DNA of 39,511 nt from an uncultured Candidatus Peribacteria bacterium (GCA_964571805.1 CAZNDI010000002.1:1-39511), one strand, 5' to 3'; positions 18,399 to 25,664 are shown, counted from the stretch's first letter. Numbers and translations: made by a program. The notes: generated from the sequence alone by a model not told the origin.

Positions 18399-19997
18399 AT
18401 GAAATATATTATCTATGTAAGAAAAAGCACCGAAGACCGAGAAGACAGGCAAGTGCTCTCTATCGACTCCCAAATTGAAGCCATTCAAAACAAATTCCCA
18501 AACCTTGAAATAGTTGAAGTAATCAAAGAATCCAAAAGTGCCTACAAACCCTACAATCGCCCAGAATTTCAAAGAATGGTTGAACTCTTTGAGAGCGGAA
18601 CAGTCCAAGGGTGCCTGGCGTGGCACCCAGACCGCCTAAGCCGTGAGCCCATCAGTGGTGGAATGATTATGCACTTGTTAGATCGTGGGGTGATTAAAGA
18701 TTTAAAATTTGCCTCCTACAATTTCGATAATTCGCCAGAGGGAAAGATGATGCTTTCCTTCGTACTCTCGCAATCCAAATACTTTTCGGAAAAACTCAGT
18801 ATCGATGTAAAGCGGGGCATGTTGAAAAAATGTAGAAATGGCCATATGCCTACCAGGGCACCGGTTGGCTATATGCCAGACTACATGGCGGAAAAAGGAG
18901 AGAAACGGGCCCTTGTAGACCCTGATCGTTTTGATTTAGTAAGAAAGATGTGGGATTTAATGTTAACAGGCCAATATTCAATTCCAAAAATTCAACAGGC
19001 AGCGGAATCAATAAGCCTTACACATCGTACTACCAGAAGGACTCCAGCTAAATCGATTTCGAAGAACGGCTTTCATAAGATGTTTTCGAATATATTCTAT
19101 ACGGGTCAATTCATTTGGGATGGCGAAATGTACAAAGGCAGTCATCCTGCCATGATTAGCATGGAAGAATTTGAAAAAGTTCAAGCCATTGTTGGAAGGC
19201 GTCATGTACCTAGAACACAAAAGTATGAATCGCTTACCTCTGGCCTTGTTAGATGTGCCTGTGGTTCTGCTATTGTTGTGGATCAGCGAAAGAAAAGGAT
19301 TAAGAAAGCACAGCTTGATCGCATTTACAAATACGCTAGATGCACACAGCAGAAAAAGAAAGGTAAGTGCAAAGAGTCCACGCTTTGCTTATTGACACTA
19401 GAAAACCAAATTGTTGACTATCTAGGTCAAATCAAAGTCTCGCCTGCCTTGCATCAATGGGCGATAAAGAATATCAATAAAGAAAATGAAAATGAGCTAG
19501 AGAATCAGCAGAAAGAACGGAATCGGCTTAAGCGTGCCCATGAGAATTGTCAAAAGAGGCTAGATAATCTATTAAAGCTAAAAATTTCTCCAGAAAATAC
19601 AGACGGTGGGTTATTGAGCGACGAAGAATTTAAGTTTCAAAAGCAATCCATCACCAAAGAGCGTGAACAATATACGGATATGATAAAGCAATTTGATGAT
19701 CGGGCTGACAAGTGGATGAATATTACAGCGGATGCTTTTGACACAGCTTGCAATGCCTTAACTGTTTTCCAAAAGGGAACCACTCAAGAAAAGAAGGTAC
19801 TTCTTGCGAAAATTGGGGCAAACTTTATTTTGAAAGATAAGAAATTGTCTATAGAAGCCAAATATCCCTACTTCATCTTAGAAAAGTATATGCCTCTCAG
19901 TCACAAATTAGAAAGAAAGATGGGCGGACTAAAAAAACATCAAGAACAAGCCAAAAATAGCATTTCTGAACAATTAAATACTATTTGGAGCGGGTGA
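18399..19997 (+). CDS. Large serine recombinase (integrase)
   Basis: Resolvase-type N-terminus YVRKSTEDREDRQVLSIDSQ (catalytic Ser), HPDRLSRE, recombinase domain (PVGY), Zn ribbon (CACGS...YKYARC) and a C-terminal coiled coil. 532 aa. Confidence 0.9.
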   Translation: MKYIIYVRKSTEDREDRQVLSIDSQIEAIQNKFPNLEIVEVIKESKSAYKPYNRPEFQRMVELFESGTVQGCLAWHPDRLSREPISGGMIMHLLDRGVIKDLKFASYNFDNSPEGKMMLSFVLSQSKYFSEKLSIDVKRGMLKKCRNGHMPTRAPVGYMPDYMAEKGEKRALVDPDRFDLVRKMWDLMLTGQYSIPKIQQAAESISLTHRTTRRTPAKSISKNGFHKMFSNIFYTGQFIWDGEMYKGSHPAMISMEEFEKVQAIVGRRHVPRTQKYESLTSGLVRCACGSAIVVDQRKKRIKKAQLDRIYKYARCTQQKKKGKCKESTLCLLTLENQIVDYLGQIKVSPALHQWAIKNINKENENELENQQKERNRLKRAHENCQKRLDNLLKLKISPENTDGGLLSDEEFKFQKQSITKEREQYTDMIKQFDDRADKWMNITADAFDTACNALTVFQKGTTQEKKVLLAKIGANFILKDKKLSIEAKYPYFILEKYMPLSHKLERKMGGLKKHQEQAKNSISEQLNTIWSG

Positions 19998-20062
19998 AGG
20001 GACTCAAACCCTCGACCTCTGCCTTGGCAAGGCAGCGCTCTAATCAACTGAGCTACACCCGC
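19986..20062 (-). tRNA. tRNA-Gly (anticodon GCC), CCA encoded
   Basis: Hand-folded cloverleaf: GCGGGTG TA GCTC AGTTGATTA GAGC G CTGCC TTGCCAA GGCAG AGGTC GAGGG TTTGAGT CCCTT CACCCGC T CCA. All four stems pair. 77 nt. Confidence 0.9.
20002..20018. repeat. Right direct repeat (att-like core) inside the tRNA-Gly T arm
   Basis: Identical to 11521-11537. Confidence 0.8.
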
Positions 20063-20077
20063 ATTAAGTGCCATGAA

Positions 20078-20105
20078 ATTCTATCAAAGTGACTTCTTTT
20101 TGCAA
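20078..20105 (-). promoter_or_regulatory. Candidate sigma70-type promoter of tRNA-Gly
   Basis: On the minus strand: TTGCAA (20105-20100), 16-nt spacer, TAGAAT (20083-20078). The -10 ends 15 nt before the tRNA 5' end. The spacer contains the AAAGTSACTT palindrome. Confidence 0.4.
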
Positions 20106-20232
20106 GGTGTTTTTGTCTTGATTTAAAGCTCTTTTCTTAAGGGGTTAACCACGTGATACGAAAAATACCTTGAGTTTTGGCACCCATCTCATTTTTTAAG
20201 CATGTTAAAAACGTCATGACTTTTAACTTTTA

Positions 20233-21624
20233 TCAACCATCAAAGCCATCTAAAGAGTCTACAGGATTCTTATTAACTCTTATTCCACCTTTTGGTTTTT
20301 GCTTGGCCTCGGCGTCAAGTCTTGCTTTCAACTCAGAATCTGTAATGGTGACTTTTGCAGGGTCAACTTTGGCAGGCACTTCGGGGGGAGTGGCTTCGGG
20401 GGTTGCTGGTTTGGAAACTCTGGCTTCGGGTTTTGGAGGACTGACATCGGTTACCGCGTCGACTTTTTTGGGTGCCTTTTGAATTTCATCCGGTGTGACA
20501 GGTTTAAGATTCTCGGGTCGAACTTGATTTACGGCGACGAGAGGTGGTTTTTCTGGGGTAGCGGGACTAGCTTCAGACGTGCTTGTAAAAAGCTTATCCA
20601 GCTCAGGATCACCGGTTATCGTTTTCTTCCGCGTCTCAGCTAATTTAGCGGCTTCTTCGCTCACTTTTTCGTTGGCCTTGGCCTCGAGACGTTTTTTATA
20701 GTCTCTTTTGGCCGTTGCGATTTGATCAAAGCTCATGGCTGTATCAAAGGTTCCCGTCTCCACCATCTTATCTGTCCTGACAGCCAACTCTGTAGCCACT
20801 TTTAAATTCTCATCCAAAGCTTTTTCTAGTTCTGCATTGGCTTTTCTTGTCATTTCCTTTCGAGCCAGTTTTTCCTCCTCTGTTTCAGGGATGGCCGCAG
20901 TAGGCTCAACTTGGGCCTGTTCCACTTGTGCGACAGACTCAGCGGCCACGTCGGGTGAGGAAGTGACAGATTCAGGGCCACGTGATGCCATTTTTGTTGA
21001 ATTTTGAGCCATGGCTTGGGCGAGGAATTCTTCAAAAGGTTTTTCTTTTAGGCTAAAAACTGCAATGCGGTCGAGGGCTAGTTGGGCAACTTCTCCGTGG
21101 ACTCCAGGTTGTCCTTTTGTGGCTTCGAGCATTTTCATCATGGCTTGCATGGCGGGGAAGTTTGCGGCTTGCTTGTAGGATTCAAATTGATCGGCAATGG
21201 CGTACATGCCTTCGGTTTTTTCGGTGAGGGCGAAAAGGTTGTCGAGGAGCTCTTTTTCATTTAGGGGGACTTTTGCTTTGATTTGATCTATGGTTTGTTG
21301 GGCCAGTGTGGCTTTTTCACCGCCTTCATTTACAAAATCTTCTAAAGTTCCAAGCATGAGCTTGATGGTTTCTTCTCTGCCACCCTCTTTGACTAAGGTG
21401 TCAACGACGTTTAAAAGGAGGTCAATATTCCCACTGGTAATCAGATCTTTTGTGATTGTTTTTTGCTGCTCAGCTTCCGCTTCAGAAACCTTTGTATCTC
21501 CTTCATCTTCAATGATCACAATATCCTCCATTCCTACGGATGGTTTTGGGGATTCCGGGGGCTTAGGGCCTTGACCCATTGCCTCCTTGATATCCTGTGA
21601 TTCTCGGCCCTTGGGTCCTGACAT
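20233..21624 (-). CDS. Hypothetical acidic protein with Pro/Lys-rich C-terminal tail (operon gene 7)
   Basis: 463-aa ORF. No TM segment or signal peptide by eye. Helical repeat-like N-terminal half, coiled-coil middle, PxxP/K-rich tail. Confidence 0.6.
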   Translation of the reverse strand: MSGPKGRESQDIKEAMGQGPKPPESPKPSVGMEDIVIIEDEGDTKVSEAEAEQQKTITKDLITSGNIDLLLNVVDTLVKEGGREETIKLMLGTLEDFVNEGGEKATLAQQTIDQIKAKVPLNEKELLDNLFALTEKTEGMYAIADQFESYKQAANFPAMQAMMKMLEATKGQPGVHGEVAQLALDRIAVFSLKEKPFEEFLAQAMAQNSTKMASRGPESVTSSPDVAAESVAQVEQAQVEPTAAIPETEEEKLARKEMTRKANAELEKALDENLKVATELAVRTDKMVETGTFDTAMSFDQIATAKRDYKKRLEAKANEKVSEEAAKLAETRKKTITGDPELDKLFTSTSEASPATPEKPPLVAVNQVRPENLKPVTPDEIQKAPKKVDAVTDVSPPKPEARVSKPATPEATPPEVPAKVDPAKVTITDSELKARLDAEAKQKPKGGIRVNKNPVDSLDGFDG

Positions 21625-21629
21625 ACTAA

Positions 21630-22262
21630 TTAATTTTTTGATTGTCTATAAAGCGTCCCGTTTTTTGAGTAAACATAGAGAGTATCACCGTATTTATTTC
21701 CATAAACATCATTATTTTTGCCAATCTTTTTACTCAACTGTGCAGCAATTTTTTCTTCCTCGGGTGTTTTATTTTCAACTTCTTCATAACTTCTCATGCC
21801 AAAAGCATCTTCTACTGCCTTTTCAATAGCTTCACTGTCTTTTGTAGCTTCTTGATCATTATCTTCAATTTTATCCCCCCTAAAAGCATACCATTCGTCT
21901 CCTGATCTTTTGATTTCACTCAAATCACCCTTTTTTACGATAGTCCCAACTCTAAATAATACTACCTTGTATTCATAATTGTTATATTCTACCCCCACTG
22001 GCACACCAGCTACTAAGCCCTGAGGATTTGCTTCCTTTGCCAATTTAATTGCTGCCTTTCCATCCGTTTTTTTAGATACATCCTCATAATCTTTATACTT
22101 TTCAAGTTCAGCCCTCATATCTTCTTCCGTATGAAGAGTTTCTGACTTAGAATGCTGATTACTCATTTGTTCTCCACGTAGAGGCATGACTCCTTCAAGC
22201 TTTTGCTGAGCACTCTTACCTTCTGGGCCTCTTTTTAGGGCTTCAAAATCTTTATTTTCCAT
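21630..22262 (-). CDS. Hypothetical protein (operon gene 6)
   Basis: 210-aa ORF with a 5-nt gap to the next gene. No motif recognised. Confidence 0.6.
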   Translation of the reverse strand: MENKDFEALKRGPEGKSAQQKLEGVMPLRGEQMSNQHSKSETLHTEEDMRAELEKYKDYEDVSKKTDGKAAIKLAKEANPQGLVAGVPVGVEYNNYEYKVVLFRVGTIVKKGDLSEIKRSGDEWYAFRGDKIEDNDQEATKDSEAIEKAVEDAFGMRSYEEVENKTPEEEKIAAQLSKKIGKNNDVYGNKYGDTLYVYSKNGTLYRQSKN

Positions 22263-22297
22263 TTTATTTTTATTAGTTTTTAAATCTCAGTATTATA

Positions 22298-22348
22298 TCA
22301 CGAATTGAAGAATTCATCAAGGACGTCGGAGGCGTTTTTTTCGTCTTC
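22298..22348 (-). pseudogene. Displaced original 3' end of the IS-interrupted gene
   Basis: Removing the IS and one TSD copy joins ...EALHKQ to EDEKNASDVLDEFFNS* in frame, with the stop at 22298-22300. Confidence 0.7.
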
Positions 22349-22356
22349 TTGTTTAT
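22349..22356. repeat. Target-site duplication TTGTTTAT (left)
   Basis: The identical 8-mer lies immediately outside both IS ends. Confidence 0.85.
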
Positions 22357-22385
22357 GGATCACCGTCTTTTTAGGGGGATTAAAT
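22357..22385. repeat. IS left terminal inverted repeat
   Basis: GGATCACCGTCTTTTTAGGGGGATTAAAT versus the reverse complement of 23788-23816, GGATCACCCTCTTTTTCGGGGGATTAAAT. Confidence 0.85.
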
Positions 22386-22443
22386 AAATCTACCTTTTAT
22401 TGGTTTATAATGGGTATGGTTTATTTTCTTACCTACATGATTT

Positions 22444-22797
22444 ATGGACCCTGATCTACTGAGCCTGTTCTTACCAAAAGGTATTCTGGAATGGTTTATT
22501 GTAAAAAACATTGAACAACATGGAGAAACGGTGAGGGTTACTTTTGAGGAGAAGAATCTAGTTCCAGAAATACCAGAGAAACATAGAGGCAAGAAAATAA
22601 GTTCTAAAGGTTTCAAAGAGCTCCTGGTCGATGACTTTCCCATTAGAGGAAGGAAAACTGAGCTGCTGTTTTTGAGACGGAGCTGGGAAATTGAGGGGGT
22701 TGAAGAAAGGCTCAAGCGAAACATTAGCCTTTGCGCTCCGGGAACCAAACTGGAAAAAGAATTCGCTGATTTTTTAAAAGAAATGGATCGAGTCTGA
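22444..22797 (+). CDS. ISL3/ISAon1-like transposase, N-terminal region protein (orfA)
   Basis: 117 aa. LLSLFLPKGILEWF...FEEKN..PE....SKGF......DFPIRGRK..L...RR.W...G matches the N-terminal-region proteins of this IS group as I recall them. Confidence 0.75.
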   Translation: MDPDLLSLFLPKGILEWFIVKNIEQHGETVRVTFEEKNLVPEIPEKHRGKKISSKGFKELLVDDFPIRGRKTELLFLRRSWEIEGVEERLKRNISLCAPGTKLEKEFADFLKEMDRV

Positions 22798-23785
22798 ACC
22801 CGTTGAGATCAGTCGCATAGCTAAATGGAACCTCCTAAACCCTGAAGTCCTCCAGAAACAGTACAAAGATCACCTGAGTGATTTCCCGGAGTGGGATCAA
22901 AAGGATCATTGCCTGACCTATCTCCTCTTCCCTGATAACTTAGGCTCAAGGCTCAGCATTGATGAAACCGCCTTGAGTAACGGTGAGCTTTACACCATCA
23001 TCACCAACAAGGATGCCAAAGGAAGGAAGGGATCTCTTGTAGCCATGGTCAAAGGAACCAAGGCAAGCATAGTCAGTGAGATCTTGATGAAGCTACCAGT
23101 CAGTGAAAGGATGAAAGTCCTAGAAGTAACATTGGACATGAGTAACGCGATGGATTGGATCACCCGGGAGAGTTTTCCCAACGCCCAAAAGGTCACGGAT
23201 AGGTTCCATGTCCAAAAGCTCGTATCTGAAGCCCTTCAGGAGATGAGGATTAAAGAAAGGTGGAAAGCCATCGATGAGGAAACAGAGCTCATACTAAAAT
23301 GCCAAAAGGAAAAAAGAAGCTACAAGCCCGAGCTCTACAAAAACGGAGACACAAAAAAGCAGCTTCTGGCCAGAAGCAGATACCTTCTCTTCAAGCCCCA
23401 GAGCAAGTGGAAAGAATCACAAAAACAAAGGGCCCAGATCCTGTTCACTGTCTTCCCTGAGCTGGAAGAAGGTTACAAGCTCTCCATGATGTTCCGTTCC
23501 TTCTACCATCACAGTAAGACCAGGGAAGAAGGAAAAGAAAGGTTGAATCAGTGGTATGGGAAGGTGGAGGAAAAGATTGAAAATAAAGATTCCTTCAAAA
23601 CCTTCACCACCGCGATGCAATCAGTGAAAGCCCATGAAGGCACCATCCTCAACTACTTCCCTGAAAGATCTACTAATGCTTCAGCGGAATCCTTCAATGC
23701 AAAACTCAAGGGATTTAGAGCTCTAGTGCGAGGAGTGAGTGACATGAAGTTCTTCTTATACAGAATCACTACTTTTTTTGGTTAA
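22778..23785 (+). CDS. ISL3-family transposase catalytic region (orfB; no canonical start codon, +1 frame relative to orfA)
   Basis: The frame is open from 22778. The ORF track starts at the TTG at 22973. Motifs: LSIDETAL, VTLDMSNAM...FPNAQKVTDRFHVQK, STNASAESFNAKLK. Confidence 0.8.
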   Translation, partial: KKWIESEPVEISRIAKWNLLNPEVLQKQYKDHLSDFPEWDQKDHCLTYLLFPDNLGSRLSIDETALSNGELYTIITNKDAKGRKGSLVAMVKGTKASIVSEILMKLPVSERMKVLEVTLDMSNAMDWITRESFPNAQKVTDRFHVQKLVSEALQEMRIKERWKAIDEETELILKCQKEKRSYKPELYKNGDTKKQLLARSRYLLFKPQSKWKESQKQRAQILFTVFPELEEGYKLSMMFRSFYHHSKTREEGKERLNQWYGKVEEKIENKDSFKTFTTAMQSVKAHEGTILNYFPERSTNASAESFNAKLKGFRALVRGVSDMKFFLYRITTFFG

Positions 23786-23787
23786 AC

Positions 23788-23816
23788 ATTTAATCCCCCG
23801 AAAAAGAGGGTGATCC
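23788..23816. repeat. IS right terminal inverted repeat
   Basis: See the left inverted repeat; 27/29 complementary. Confidence 0.85.
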
Positions 23817-24077
23817 TTGTTTATGGAGGGCTTCTTCTTGCCTCATGGCCCCTACTTTTTCTTTCGCCTGAAAAAAGACATCTTGTTTTTTCTCTGATTC
23901 TGCGAGGATTTTTTGGTCTTCAGCCCGGATGTTCTCCATAGCTATTTCAAGATCAGCATCGGGGCGATCGCTATAATTCAAACAAGCCTTCTGAATTTCC
24001 TCATCCGTTAAGCCCTTAAAATAGAGCGAGCTTTTGGCGACATGGAAGAGGGATTGTAAGGTCGATTCGGAGGCCAT
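23790..24077 (-). pseudogene. Operon gene 5, 3' end replaced by IS-derived codons
   Basis: The ORF runs into the IS right end. The last 8 codons (GSPSFSGD*) are encoded by the IS inverted repeat. Confidence 0.7.
23817..23824. repeat. Target-site duplication TTGTTTAT (right)
   Basis: Identical to 22349-22356. Confidence 0.85.
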
Positions 24078-24088
24078 TTTTTGCTGTA

Positions 24089-24244
24089 TTAACTTTTTTT
24101 GACTAGGCTATACAAGTCTTCGATTAATTTTTCCGCAATTGCTTGACCAATCACGTTGCTGTAGGCCTGCTGATAGCTTTTTCCCAGCTTCATTTGGGCT
24201 ACAATTTGATCGCCAAAAAGTTTTATAAGGGCTTCATCTTTCAT
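24089..24244 (-). CDS. Small hypothetical protein (51 aa; operon gene 4), below the ORF-track threshold
   Basis: Hand translation: MKDEALIKLFGDQIVAQMKLGKSYQQAYSNVIGQAIAEKLIEDLYSLVKKS. The ATG directly follows the upstream TAA. 11-nt gap to the next start. Confidence 0.45.
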   Translation of the reverse strand: MKDEALIKLFGDQIVAQMKLGKSYQQAYSNVIGQAIAEKLIEDLYSLVKKS

Positions 24245-24796
24245 TTAAGCGTTTAAACGTTGAGTTACATACTTCTGAATTTCTTCTTGATTTGCAGTGG
24301 CTTTGGCAGCGAATTCTTGTATATCCTCAGCAATAGTCACTGCTCGTTCGGGATAATTTTTTAATTCTGTCGTAAGATTACCCTTTAAAATTGCCACCAC
24401 GTCATTAGCCAAAGCTCTTTCTGCGGTATCTAGATTGAGCTGCGGGTGACTTATGATTGCCTCGACCACCTCTCCTAAATCAAGTTGCTCCTTTGAATTT
24501 GAATTAGACTCGGTTCTGGAGACGGTTGAAAGAGGTGTTAATGGCCTAGGGGTTTTAATTTTTGTTTGATCCACATTCTTTTCTTTCTTTTGCAATTCAC
24601 GCCTAAGGTCTTCTAAATCTTCCTGCCTCTTCCTTTCACGCTCTTGTTCTCCATGTGTGATTCTTTCTAATTCTTCTTGTTGAAGAGTGTCAGGGATATC
24701 CTGGATGTCCCTATAATTTGGCAATTCTGCCAACCCACGGTCATCATCCTCTTCACGACCCGTCGCTCCATTTAAATTTAATCCATCGAGTGCCAT
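24245..24796 (-). CDS. Hypothetical acidic coiled-coil protein (operon gene 3)
   Basis: 183-aa ORF with highly charged E/R/K/D stretches. No motif recognised. Confidence 0.6.
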   Translation of the reverse strand: MALDGLNLNGATGREEDDDRGLAELPNYRDIQDIPDTLQQEELERITHGEQERERKRQEDLEDLRRELQKKEKNVDQTKIKTPRPLTPLSTVSRTESNSNSKEQLDLGEVVEAIISHPQLNLDTAERALANDVVAILKGNLTTELKNYPERAVTIAEDIQEFAAKATANQEEIQKYVTQRLNA

Positions 24797-24856
24797 TTTT
24801 GTTTATTTTAGAAATATTTATATATTCTTCTACCTCCCAATTAAATTAAAAGAGAA

Positions 24857-25210
24857 TTATGAATTGCCTTTGTCTAATTTATCTTTATTTTTAGGTTTTT
24901 TTGTTTCTAATGCTACCTTGGGATCATCCTTATTTTCTGCATATAATTCGTAAGTGGGCATGGATGCTTCGTAGGTAGGTATTGACGCTTCATAAATCGG
25001 AATGCCATCAAAGCCTATACCCAATACCCCTTTAACCAGCTTACTAGCCCTTTCTTGAGCAATTCTTGTTTGCATTTCTGCTTCACTTTTTAATCCTAGA
25101 GTTTTTCTTTGTGCTTCATTTTTCCCATCATGCAGGCGCGGACTTAAATCACTTAAATTTCTAGCTTTTTCATTATCTCCCCGTGGCATTGACTCTGCAT
25201 GGTCAGCCAT
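24857..25210 (-). CDS. Hypothetical protein with YEAS(I/M)PT repeat (operon gene 2)
   Basis: 117-aa ORF containing IPIYEASIPTYEASMPTYELY. Confidence 0.55.
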   Translation of the reverse strand: MADHAESMPRGDNEKARNLSDLSPRLHDGKNEAQRKTLGLKSEAEMQTRIAQERASKLVKGVLGIGFDGIPIYEASIPTYEASMPTYELYAENKDDPKVALETKKPKNKDKLDKGNS

Positions 25211-25254
25211 AATAGGTTTTAATTTTTATTAATCTTTTCATTATACCAAAATTC

Positions 25255-25581
25255 CTACAGACTTGCAAGCTCCTGTTCCAAATCAAAACTTTGGGTCTCC
25301 TGTTCTTTTCTAATCTCCTCCAACGCTTGACGCATCTTGGAGGATTGAAAATTAAGCAACTGCTTCAACTCCGACAAAGTCCCATCCAACTCCCCCTTCT
25401 GATCGAGCAAAATCCTCTCCCGCCCCTCCTTATCCTCCTCCGGCACCCCCTCCAATTTCTTCAAGGTCTTCTTCTTAATATCCTCACAATGCCCCTTAAA
25501 CGCCACCCGCACATGCTCAAAAAAATCATGATACTTCGTCATCGTCTCTTCATACCGCAATTGAAATTCATCGTTGTTCAT
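25255..25581 (-). CDS. Hypothetical coiled-coil protein (operon gene 1)
   Basis: The ATG at 25581 (MNNDEFQLRYEE...) is preferred. The longer track ORF would read through the GC-rich repeat at 25619-25645. Confidence 0.6.
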   Translation of the reverse strand: MNNDEFQLRYEETMTKYHDFFEHVRVAFKGHCEDIKKKTLKKLEGVPEEDKEGRERILLDQKGELDGTLSELKQLLNFQSSKMRQALEEIRKEQETQSFDLEQELASL

Positions 25582-25618
25582 AAAGTTTAAGTTAAAGTTA
25601 TTTGAACCTCCATCGCAG

Positions 25619-25645
25619 ACCTCCCCAACCCCTCCCAAGGAGGGG
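25619..25645. repeat. GC-rich palindromic repeat family A, copy
   Basis: ACCTCCCCAACCCCTCCCAAGGAGGGG, with hairpin CCCCTCC-CAA-GGAGGGG. Near-identical copies at 29625-29657 and within 39247-39470. Confidence 0.8.
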
Positions 25646-25664
25646 CTTTAATATTATTATTGTT

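Larger units (their letters stand above)
11521..20018. mobile_element. Putative ~8.5-kb integrative element next to tRNA-Gly (serine recombinase type)
   Basis: Exact 17-bp direct repeat at both ends. Recombinase gene abuts the tRNA. Mobile-type and ORFan cargo. Sequence looks more AT-rich by eye than the flanks. No capsid, terminase or conjugation genes recognised. Confidence 0.6.
22357..23816 (+). mobile_element. ISL3-family (ISAon1-like) insertion sequence, 1460 bp
   Basis: 29-bp terminal inverted repeats (27/29), 8-bp TSD, and a two-part transposase with ISL3 DDE-region motifs. Confidence 0.85.

Noticed and set aside
20177-20643. Plus-strand ORFs 20177-20482 and 20299-20643
   Set aside because: They are antisense to the 463-aa operon gene, in the region encoding its Pro/Lys-rich tail. 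The translations are Gly/Ser/Phe low complexity. Shadow ORFs.
22380-22748. 122-aa minus-strand ORF antisense to IS orfA
   Set aside because: It overlaps the recognisable transposase N-terminal ORF and begins inside the IS inverted repeat. It has no independent support.
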